DNA from: Bdellovibrionota bacterium
Lineage (GTDB): Bacteria; Bdellovibrionota_C; UBA2361; OMIW01
Direction of reading: 5' to 3'
Assembly: GCA_044345055.1 (NCBI GenBank)
Contig: JBIJBT010000006.1
Coordinates: 1-56,045 of the forward strand
DNA length: 56,045 nucleotides
Shown here in pieces: positions 49,101 to 56,045 of the stretch. The position numbers were made by a program, and so were the translations under genes. The notes beneath the pieces were generated by a model. The model was given only the letters and a program-made list of their open reading frames with translations, did not search any database and was not told the DNA's origin. Positions within the stretch are counted from its first letter, which is position 1. Every line of letters begins with the position of its first letter.

Positions 49101-49581
49101 ATCTCTCGATTTTGACGAGGGAGCTATCGAGCGAGATATAGCTAAAAATTTAACTACGATCCCGATAAGCCAAGATATTGTGACGAGCTATTGGTATCAG
49201 GTTCTCAACGATCAGTGGGTTACAGGATTCGACTACCGGTATGCGATGGAGTCTCAGAGTGGTCTTGATTCCGCTTCTCTTCGCGATCAAAAAGCGAGAG
49301 CATTTCAGCGATATTTCCTTACGCAAGGAATTTTTTTGCAGGGAAGCTCTGCATATCGGTATCAGGGAAGAGCTAATGATTTAACGGTGATCGGCGATTC
49401 GTCGGGAGGATGGCTATTTGGATTTGGAGTTGGGTATCGGATGCCAACGCGAGGAGGTATTGTCCTCGCTGAGGTAGATAATATTTTCGGGGCGAATCTA
49501 AATCTTGTTCAGGGCCGCTACTTTCAGGATGTGATAGGTAACGACCCGATGGTGAAACTCTCCGTTAATCTCAACTTTTAG
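46141..49581 (+). CDS. FecR-domain/TPR/outer-membrane beta-barrel receptor-like protein
   Basis: Signal peptide (start possibly 46207), FecR-like LEGEV...LADGS...AAIRGTEF, TPR helices, amphipathic beta-strands (NPKAGIIF) and a C-terminal Phe (VKLSVNLNF). Confidence 0.85.
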   Translation: MRRLRNLTQRARDWSIVLRISKMLTLCTILVISFVAYATNENTATIFSLEGEVTVTREGKKIQANESMQLLNGDEVSVAKPGLVALQLADGSYIRLPGGSTIRFPAEERSLGLLAGVMHFFSHSEQHPTVITEHVTAAIRGTEFTVAVNKDETTIQVLSGAVNGTSPEGVASLNSGQGAKFRRGSAPQLYSILSSERAVQWSLFTPLLGSEEDLNHLEKGGVSAQQAVLNARAGDIAEALADLSTKSESICSAASVLRGRLLIVSGDREGGAAVLNGCVTASQKLSPQEASYRAIAAGTLSIVRLMQGDLSSAEKLSQEAISKEKGLASAKIARSFSLQERGDLEEALEVIGAANASDDYDLIARRAELLFMFGRVPEARKELEQIPTRSWYGDTVLGFVLMADRSFAEAEVLFTRAAAAESGAGLPQVGLGLLSVNRGDLSKGRQHFERATVLEPSRAIYRSYLGKSYFEADSYSPADPEYRRAIELDKNDPTPYLYRSFMRLAENRPVEALRDIEAARDRSENRSVYRSRFRLDEDAAVQSASLSRTYRDLGFFERGKVEAIAAIISDYRNASAHRLLSESQENPFSADTSLSERRISNLFSPLSINVIDSIGSSVSLNEYSSLFERDGWRTGVSSSYASLNDIGQTGIVAANKSGNLVTGLSASGIVSRGLDSAPRSAGGRVGVSLQAQPNWQDRFFVEGRGIIEDSRDSIDDVQFDGGSFALGASRRFSPNVTALVQSTFSRDREKLSQIGIDEQLDFITFSQGERDRQIVEALVDAQTDRYTSLWVNEGQLVARTSFLTSLFTLRSATTRGDLSDTRVVLADETGVLDGQELPLTSAAPVNFQSFTASYLGMISLTPEWFLNLGGSFERVGWSTFDEPPFDESTESRSRVNPKAGIIFKPSARALFRVGYGESLGKGINLDLASVEPTLIGGITQRFNDNPGTFSRNLGFGVDLQPGERSYVGTEWIHRWLDESRGNNLYQVSLDFDEGAIERDIAKNLTTIPISQDIVTSYWYQVLNDQWVTGFDYRYAMESQSGLDSASLRDQKARAFQRYFLTQGIFLQGSSAYRYQGRANDLTVIGDSSGGWLFGFGVGYRMPTRGGIVLAEVDNIFGANLNLVQGRYFQDVIGNDPMVKLSVNLNF

Positions 49582-49638
49582 AGAAAACGCCCCGAAGCGG
49601 TGGGGCACATACCGTAGGTCGCGAACGAATATCAACCT

Positions 49639-50754
49639 TTATATCGCGGGAAGAATCGCAAAGTCGTCGCGATGGATCACTTCATCGCGAGAAACGCCCA
49701 GTGATTCACGGGCGTATGATGTTGGCTTTCCTCGCGCGTCCAAGAGCTCTCTTGCGGTGTAGTTTACGATTCCTCTACCAATACACCGATCGCCAGCCGA
49801 CACTACTGCGACAACGTCTCCACGTGAAAAGCTTCCTTCGAGTGAAACGACACCCGCAGGAAGAAGGCTTCGGCTCTCATGCAGCATCGCTCGCTCAGCT
49901 CCCTCATCGATAACGATGCGACCACTTATCGAGCTGTGAAACGCGATCCATTGTAGTTTTCTTCGCGAAGATGTTCCTCCCAATTCCCCGAAATATGTTC
50001 CCGCTCCCGAGCCATTGAGAATCGGGTCGAGCGATTCCCCTGGTGTTCCAACAAATACAGGCACTCCCATTGAAATCGCCTGCTCCGCTGCTCTAACCTT
50101 CGCCGCCATTCCTCCCGTTCCAACCTTAGAGCCACTAGCAGTGGCTAGTGCTCGGAGAGATTCCGTTATCTCAAGAACGAGAGGGATTCGTTTTGCCTCA
50201 GGATGTTGACGTGGATCGGCATCATATAATCCATCAACATCAGTTAATATGATCAATAGATCTGCGTGAACGAGCGCGGCAACGAGCGCTGAGAGCATGT
50301 CATTGTCACCGAACGAATGATCAGAGAGCACAACACAGTCATTCTCGTTAATGATCGGTATCACTCGATGACTTAGCAGCGCTTCAAGAGTTGCAAGTGC
50401 GTTATTGTACGATTCTCGTCTAGAGAAGTCGTAGCGGGAAAGAAGAAGCTGAGCAACACGAACACCTTGTTCACCAAACAGCTGATTATATGTCTGCATC
50501 AAGAGGCCCTGACCAATTGCAGCGGCTGCCTGTTTGAGTGAGAGCGCGGAGGGCTTTGATGAAAGCTCAAGCGCGTGAGTACCGGCCGCAATTGCACCTG
50601 AAGATACAAGAATAGTTTGCACACCCTCTGAACTAAGCTGGGCAACGAGTCGAGAGATTGTTCCGATTCTGCTCTGAGAGAGGGCTCGATTATCCTCTGT
50701 GACTGAGCTACTACCGACCTTAACAACGACGCGACGGATACGTGGAGCGTTCAT
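49639..50754 (-). CDS. proB: Glutamate 5-kinase with PUA domain
   Basis: VVKVGSS, VSSGAIAAG, IINEND, FGDNDMLSA, GTGGM and SLLPAGV. Confidence 0.95.
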   Translation of the reverse strand: MNAPRIRRVVVKVGSSSVTEDNRALSQSRIGTISRLVAQLSSEGVQTILVSSGAIAAGTHALELSSKPSALSLKQAAAAIGQGLLMQTYNQLFGEQGVRVAQLLLSRYDFSRRESYNNALATLEALLSHRVIPIINENDCVVLSDHSFGDNDMLSALVAALVHADLLIILTDVDGLYDADPRQHPEAKRIPLVLEITESLRALATASGSKVGTGGMAAKVRAAEQAISMGVPVFVGTPGESLDPILNGSGAGTYFGELGGTSSRRKLQWIAFHSSISGRIVIDEGAERAMLHESRSLLPAGVVSLEGSFSRGDVVAVVSAGDRCIGRGIVNYTARELLDARGKPTSYARESLGVSRDEVIHRDDFAILPAI

Positions 50755-50916
50755 GGAAAATACTGTACAAGTTGAGGATTTCGTCGGATGAATACAGGAT
50801 AAACGCCGACCTGTTTGGGTTTAATACGCATTCTAACATTATCCCATGAAACAGAGATTGTTTCAAAGTATTGAATCTTTTTGGGGTGTTAGCTCTCCAT
50901 GGCCTTATTTAATACT

Positions 50917-52422
50917 TCAGCTCCACGGAATAATCCTCAGTCGACGAAGTTCCTCGTTAACTTCTGCAACCGTTCCCTCCGTTGAGAACGCAATCCAGTC
51001 AGAGGGAGTCGATACACATTTTCGCTCCTGATCTATTCTAATAGAGATCGTTGCATCGGACGGATCATCCGAGCGTTTTGCTATTCGGTTTGCCGCAGTT
51101 GTCGATGAACAGTGACACCAAAGCGGGGTTATTTTTGCTCCAGTTGTATGAGCAAGCCCACTAATCAAAAGCTGATGCTCACGATTAATGAATGTTGCAT
51201 CAACAATAACCGGTAGACCACTTTCCAAGGCTGCCGCCGTTCGTGTGATGAGCTCGTGATAGACCTGCTCTGTTGCGGCCGATTGGTAGGCGATTGCAGG
51301 TGCCTTCTCACTTAGTGACCCGCCAAAAATCTCTTTTCTTACGAAATCGCTCCGAATAACAATGCCCCCAATCGCTTCACCGATGATCTGTGCAATGGTA
51401 CTTTTACCCGCTCCAGAGAGTCCACCAACAACAAATAATATTGGTTGTTGATAAAGGATAGTTTTTTCTGCAAGGAGCAGATACTTATCCCCTCGATTTC
51501 CCCACCCCGCTGGCCCCAAAGCCTCGATCTTTGCACGGATTGTCGCTCGATAGCTGATAAAAAGTGGAAGGAGCGAAAGGCCGAAATAATCTGAAGTAGA
51601 GCGTAAGTAAGTCGAAAGGATAATCGAAACTGCCCGATATGCTTTTAGGTGAATGAGATCCATCACGAGAAAAGATAGATCGAGCATAGTATCGATCGTA
51701 TTTAGATCAGGATTAAATTCAATTCCATCGAATGCTACTAGTTCTCCCTCGAATAGACATATGTTTCGTGTATGAAGATCTCCGTGGAGCTGTTTCACAA
51801 ACGTATTGCTGCGTTCTTTCATTAGAGGTGCCATCGTCGCGTATCTGGCGAGTAGGCAACCTTTTAGAGCTTCAATACGGGCTCTGTTTTCTCCATCGGA
51901 TGGGATCTGGGCTATGTTATCCTTGATTAACTTTTCTAAAACCGCGACTGCTGGATACTCGGGGCGGGGTTGCTCCTGACGATGCACCTCAGCAAGTGCG
52001 AGCGCGAATCGCTCCATTTTTTCTCGGTCATCCTCACCACATTCAATGATTTTAGTGAAAAGATCGTCATCATTGAACCGCCTCATCTTAACTAAAAAAT
52101 CGATACATGAATCTTCTGGAGGAGAGAGGGTGAAGCTTCCATTTGAAAACTGTTTCACTCCAATAATTGATTCATACAACCTCGGCGCAAATCGTTGGTT
52201 GAGCAGTATTTCATCCCTACAAAACTTACGTCGCCGAAGGGGATCTCGCGCATCAATAAAATCAAGGTATAGGGGTTTTTTTAGCTTATATGCTGCATCG
52301 CCAACCAAAAAAATGTGTGATGCATGAGTCTCATGATGAACCACTGAAGTGGCAGAGCTGCCGTACGAAGCTGGATCGCAGAGAAAGGTTATTAGGCTGG
52401 AAGGGGAAGCCTTATTAGACAT
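50917..52422 (-). CDS. Fusion of an APH-like kinase fold and an AAA_33 P-loop kinase
   Basis: ETHASHIFL, YKLKKP, HGDLHTRNI and FDGIEFN, then GGLSGAGKST, RSDFVRK and VDATF. Confidence 0.88.
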   Translation of the reverse strand: MSNKASPSSLITFLCDPASYGSSATSVVHHETHASHIFLVGDAAYKLKKPLYLDFIDARDPLRRRKFCRDEILLNQRFAPRLYESIIGVKQFSNGSFTLSPPEDSCIDFLVKMRRFNDDDLFTKIIECGEDDREKMERFALALAEVHRQEQPRPEYPAVAVLEKLIKDNIAQIPSDGENRARIEALKGCLLARYATMAPLMKERSNTFVKQLHGDLHTRNICLFEGELVAFDGIEFNPDLNTIDTMLDLSFLVMDLIHLKAYRAVSIILSTYLRSTSDYFGLSLLPLFISYRATIRAKIEALGPAGWGNRGDKYLLLAEKTILYQQPILFVVGGLSGAGKSTIAQIIGEAIGGIVIRSDFVRKEIFGGSLSEKAPAIAYQSAATEQVYHELITRTAAALESGLPVIVDATFINREHQLLISGLAHTTGAKITPLWCHCSSTTAANRIAKRSDDPSDATISIRIDQERKCVSTPSDWIAFSTEGTVAEVNEELRRLRIIPWS

Positions 52423-52599
52423 GAGATCTCCAGTGAATGAGTTTATAACACTATAAGCAGGGCGCTGCTCGGTGCGAAGAGGTGAATTGGAAGATTCGAG
52501 GAATGTATTAATCCCTTTCTGGATGGTATTATCATGATGTGGTAGAGTCTTTGTCCAAACAGCACTTCAATCGCTTGAAATTTTTCTCAGTCACCGATT

Positions 52600-53475
52600 A
52601 TGAACAATAACTCCGATTCGAATCGAGCCCTAGAGATCCTTGAGACTCTCCTTCCTCATCTTCGCGCTGGTGCGGAATATGCCGCACACATTCAAAAACA
52701 GATCGCGCATCAACCCGATAAATCCGCTCCGGATGGTAACCACTTCGCAGCAGCTCTCTCCGATGCCGATATCTCAATTCAAACGGCTATTGAGGTTGCA
52801 GTGTTGTCCGCATTCCCGAATGCCCGTTTTTTTGGGGAAGAGTACGCAAGCTCGGTGAATACGAAATATCTTGCTGGTACATGGTTGCAAGAGGACGGTG
52901 AAGACTGGGTGTTTTTGCTCGATCCGATTGATGGCACACGTTACTATCTCGATCAGGGAGAGTTTCAGGTTATCTTTAGCATCGCTTCGCCCACAAGTTT
53001 TGAGGCTAGCATTTTTCTTTTCCCGAGAAGAAAAAAAATTCTCTATGCGGTGCGGGGGAAGGGCGCTTTTATGGGTGAATGGAGTGAAACATCACTTCGA
53101 GATTACGCGCCTTTCAGATTAACACCTGCTGATGCACCGGTGTTCTTTAGCCGAACTCGCTACTCTGATGAGGGGGTATTTGGAACGCGTGGCCTATTCG
53201 ATCTTGAACGAGATTATCGACCGGGACTGGAAACTCCCATCTATACCGGACTATTTTTCGGTGAGCTTAGTAGTGTGGTTATGAGTGGAGGGCAACTAAT
53301 CGATGGTGCTGCCGCGGCGTTTATTGCGGGTGAAGCGGGAGCAATAGTTACCACTCACACCGGAGAACCTCTCCCCGAACCACGCTCTGCGGGACCGAGC
53401 CGAGCATTTGGGGGGTTGGTGATATCGGATGATGCAGCGCTCCACCAGAATATTCTAAAGGTGCTTAGCGAGTAG
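52600..53475 (+). CDS. Inositol monophosphatase (FIG) superfamily protein
   Basis: SDAD, FFGEE, LDPIDGT and D.AAAAFIAGEAGAIVT. Confidence 0.88.
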   Translation: MNNNSDSNRALEILETLLPHLRAGAEYAAHIQKQIAHQPDKSAPDGNHFAAALSDADISIQTAIEVAVLSAFPNARFFGEEYASSVNTKYLAGTWLQEDGEDWVFLLDPIDGTRYYLDQGEFQVIFSIASPTSFEASIFLFPRRKKILYAVRGKGAFMGEWSETSLRDYAPFRLTPADAPVFFSRTRYSDEGVFGTRGLFDLERDYRPGLETPIYTGLFFGELSSVVMSGGQLIDGAAAAFIAGEAGAIVTTHTGEPLPEPRSAGPSRAFGGLVISDDAALHQNILKVLSE

Positions 53476-53682
53476 CGTCGGGTTATTTAGGAGCTATGTA
53501 TGGTGGTTCCTTGGTGAAGATCATACACAAGCCTCGAGCGATTTTGGGAATTGTTCGAAAATTTATAGTGCGACAGCTTTTAGCGGAGGTCGATGCTCGC
53601 CAGATAAGTAGCTCCTAATAAATAAGATAGTTTGGAATCGGGATTAGAAGCTTACTCAGATCTTTCGTGAACGTTATTATCT

Positions 53683-54090
53683 CTAACAATCGTGCGATTC
53701 ATCTTTTCGTCGAATCAAACGCCCATAGCCCATGAGTGCTCGCAGGGCATCTGCTTCGAGTTCATCGGTAGATGTTAAGATTGTGGTAGTGATCTCGGTT
53801 GTGGCGGCGAGGTTCTCCTCGGGAGTTGCTGGTCCGTCTCCCTCAATCGCAATGGTATTCGCAAGCTGAACAGCTATTTGTTTTTTAACCGGCTGCTTTT
53901 CACCCTGCTGTTTTTCAAGGATCTGCCTCTGATCGATCTGCTTTTCATCTGAGGGTAATACTAGGTCCTCCGATGATATCGGAAGATCGTACTTTGTTAC
54001 GAGTGCCTGTCGAGCAGCGAGTGGTAGTTGAAAAAGAGCCTCTACGAACCACGGCGAGGAATTACTCGGACTTTTTCTGCGTTCAGTCAT
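53683..54090 (-). CDS. Hypothetical protein with internal 5-residue repeats
   Basis: 135-codon ORF with AGGAG upstream; DEKQI-DQRQI-LEKQQ-GEKQP-VKKQI. Confidence 0.6.
   Translation of the reverse strand: MTERRKSPSNSSPWFVEALFQLPLAARQALVTKYDLPISSEDLVLPSDEKQIDQRQILEKQQGEKQPVKKQIAVQLANTIAIEGDGPATPEENLAATTEITTTILTSTDELEADALRALMGYGRLIRRKDESHDC
53875..53949 (-). repeat. 5 x 15-bp degenerate tandem repeat
   Basis: GATGAAAAGCAGATC / GATCAGAGGCAGATC / CTTGAAAAACAGCAG / GGTGAAAAGCAGCCG / GTTAAAAAACAAATA. Confidence 0.6.
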
Positions 54091-54406
54091 ACGGTGTCGG
54101 TTGCTCCTAAAACGCCGATGCTTTTCTACTATTACCGCTCTTAAGAGGTGCTTTTGAGAGTCCTTTGGCAGATATATGGCTTTAGATAGGCACTAGCCAG
54201 AAGTTGGGCAAACACCTATCTTCTGAACCGCTATTTAAAGCAATCTGCTATAAATTATTCTTATCGATTTAGCCCGTTTTTCAGACACCATTTAATCCTA
54301 CCACTATAGAGAGTATTTTGCCGAGTATAATAATCGGAGTGGGTGTTTTTTCGGCATATTCTTACTCTTTAATTATACGGCCCTTTCTAATCGGAGACAA
54401 AAAGAG

Positions 54407-55288
54407 ATGCGATTTGTTTTGCCAAGTAACTTGATAGCGTCGGCGGTGGGTTCTCTGCTTGCCCTGATGGTCAATCTTTCCTCGGCATTCGCTGAAAAGC
54501 CGGTCACTCTTTCATTGGTGGGACATATCCCCTCGGCCACCGACTCGGAGCGTCGTCTTTATGTGGGTGCACACTTTTCGATTAATGAAGGTTGGCATCT
54601 CTATTGGCAGAATCCGGGGGATTCGGGGTTGCCGACGACTGTTCAGTGGAGATTGCCCCCGGGATTCTCCTCTGGTCCCCTTCGCTGGCCTCTACCGTTG
54701 AGGTTTAGCTCTGATGGGAAGCCGAATATGGTTGGTTATGAGGGTGAGGTTGTGTTGATTAGCGAGGTTATACCGCCACCCGAATATCGGTGGGGAGATG
54801 ACCTCTCGATTACGGTGCAAGCCTCTTGGCTTGGGTGTAGTGATCGCTCTTGTTTCCGGGACCGTGGTGAGATTACAGAGAAGATTTCGGTAGCTTCCTC
54901 GAAGCCTCGATCTTTTTTTGAAGAGTGGTTGAATCGTGTTCCATCTCTTGTGAGCCAGCATTCTGCGGTGCGTTCACTTCGGCGGGATAGTAATCGTAAT
55001 TTGGTGGTAGCTTGGCGAGATGCTGTAACGGAAGTTACTTTTCTCCCCAACCATGTCATACCCGCCGGGCAGGAAAAGGTCTCTGTATCAACGAATGCGG
55101 CAGATAATGGAGCTCTGGAAACCAATATTGGGATTCCATCGACTCTACTTGGTGGCACAGCCTCTGAGAGGGGCTTGGTATTGTTTCGGGGCTCAAATGG
55201 GAAGAGGGAGGGATTTGAATTGCCCTTATTCCCGACCGAAAAGGAGCTGTTTGAGGAGACAGTTAAGGTGGTCCCGATAGCGCCTTAG
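54407..55288 (+). CDS. Secreted DsbD N-terminal-domain protein
   Basis: Signal peptide ending AFA|E, GWHLYWQNPGDSGLP, WPLP, GYEG and the Cys pair WLGCSDRSC. Confidence 0.82.
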   Translation: MRFVLPSNLIASAVGSLLALMVNLSSAFAEKPVTLSLVGHIPSATDSERRLYVGAHFSINEGWHLYWQNPGDSGLPTTVQWRLPPGFSSGPLRWPLPLRFSSDGKPNMVGYEGEVVLISEVIPPPEYRWGDDLSITVQASWLGCSDRSCFRDRGEITEKISVASSKPRSFFEEWLNRVPSLVSQHSAVRSLRRDSNRNLVVAWRDAVTEVTFLPNHVIPAGQEKVSVSTNAADNGALETNIGIPSTLLGGTASERGLVLFRGSNGKREGFELPLFPTEKELFEETVKVVPIAP

Positions 55289-55569
55289 CCGATTCTGGTT
55301 AGTAATTGGAGCAAAAGAGAGATTCGGCCTCTAACGGATACTTGCTGGTACTGTGTGGTATAAGTTATAACCTTTCCAGCATTCAGAACGGACGGAGCCA
55401 AATTTATATCTGTTAAAAGAACGAGTAGCTCTGCTAAGCCGGTTGCATCCACGTCGCTGGATCGGGGAATAAGATGATGCCCGTCCGATAAAAGTCCCCA
55501 TCTAAAGGTGCTCTAATCTCGTGAGGGTGCAAGACAATTTCCTAAAAGTGTGTGAGGAGTTCCTACTAT

Positions 55570-55953
55570 ATGGATTGGTTTAATAAGCGTTTTTCGCGAT
55601 CGATTTTTTACGCCTTTTGCCTGAATTTGAGCCTTCACGTGCTAGCTGCGAGTGCTCAAACACCAGCAGGCCAACCCCCAGTACAAGGAGTAGGAGAGCG
55701 AATGCTGCAAATGGCTCCTATGCTTCTCATGGTGTATTTCATATTCTATGTGCTCGTCATTCGCCCGAAGCAGGTCGAGGAGCGTGCTCAAAAAGATCTT
55801 CTTGATGGGCTCAAAAAAGGAGACGCAGTAGTTACCTCTTCTGGCATATTCGGCCGCGTGAACAAAATCGATGAGCAGTCGGTTTCACTTGAGATTGCAC
55901 CTCAGGTGGTTATTCGGGTGGAGCGCAGGGTGGTTGTCAAAAAAGAGGCTTAA
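55570..55953 (+). CDS. yajC: Preprotein translocase subunit YajC
   Basis: IFYVLVIRPKQ and LKKGDAVVTSSGIFGRV; GAGGAG RBS before ATG 55570. Confidence 0.92.
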   Translation: MDWFNKRFSRSIFYAFCLNLSLHVLAASAQTPAGQPPVQGVGERMLQMAPMLLMVYFIFYVLVIRPKQVEERAQKDLLDGLKKGDAVVTSSGIFGRVNKIDEQSVSLEIAPQVVIRVERRVVVKKEA

Positions 55954-55983
55954 GTTCCCGATTAGAAGAACGGAAGAGAAATT

Positions 55984-56045
55984 ATGGGCACTCGATTTAA
56001 GCAGCGAATGGTGGCTATCGTCGGCGTTATATTGGTCGGCCTACT
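55984..56045 (+). CDS. Probable SecD N-terminus, truncated by the window end
   Basis: ATG followed by a basic then hydrophobic segment (MGTRFKQRMVAIVGVILVGL) directly after yajC; the call rests on the usual yajC-secD order. Confidence 0.5.
   Translation, partial: MGTRFKQRMVAIVGVILVGL

Noticed and set aside
46141..49581. Classical FecIRA iron-uptake system
   Set aside because: The FecR-like domain is fused to TPRs and a barrel, there is no ECF sigma factor or tonB/exbBD nearby, and the neighbour is a cyclase.
55552..55700. Unusual signal-like N-terminal extension on YajC
   Set aside because: An A-x-A-Q-type leader before the transmembrane helix is common in YajC proteins.
1..56045. tRNA, rRNA, tmRNA or IS elements
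   Set aside because: I saw no cloverleaf/T-loop signatures, rRNA-like segments, transposase ORFs or terminal inverted repeats by eye; a covariance-model scan would be needed to exclude them fully.

Overview
A 56 kb stretch of chromosome from a diderm (Gram-negative) bacterium. It encodes an LPS heptosyltransferase, a mDAP-type MurE and an outer-membrane barrel protein; the gene set looks deltaproteobacterial or Bdellovibrionota-like, but that is inference. Most of the roughly 42 genes are housekeeping: folC-pabA-pabB-pabC, recQ, waaF, cmk-rpsA, mutS, an amidase, a tRNA nucleotidyltransferase, lepA, murE, hflKC, proB, yajC and the probable start of secD. I found no tRNA, rRNA, CRISPR array, integrase or transposase. 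The most interesting parts are: (1) a VirD4/TraG-like coupling ATPase with no T4SS, relaxase or mobile-element genes nearby, carrying an unassigned ~110-aa C-terminal domain; (2) a CHASE2 adenylate cyclase paired divergently with a FecR-TPR-beta-barrel receptor (NsrA/CyaK-like), next to a secreted beta-propeller gene; (3) two secreted proteins with basic C-terminal domains that may be unnamed sorting or anchoring signals; (4) an unannotated minus-strand locus at about 18.2-20.5 kb with a 4-Cys protein, a small ORF, a disordered protein and a large RNA hairpin; (5) several genes that look horizontally acquired. All family and taxonomic assignments come from motif recognition and memory; no searches were run.
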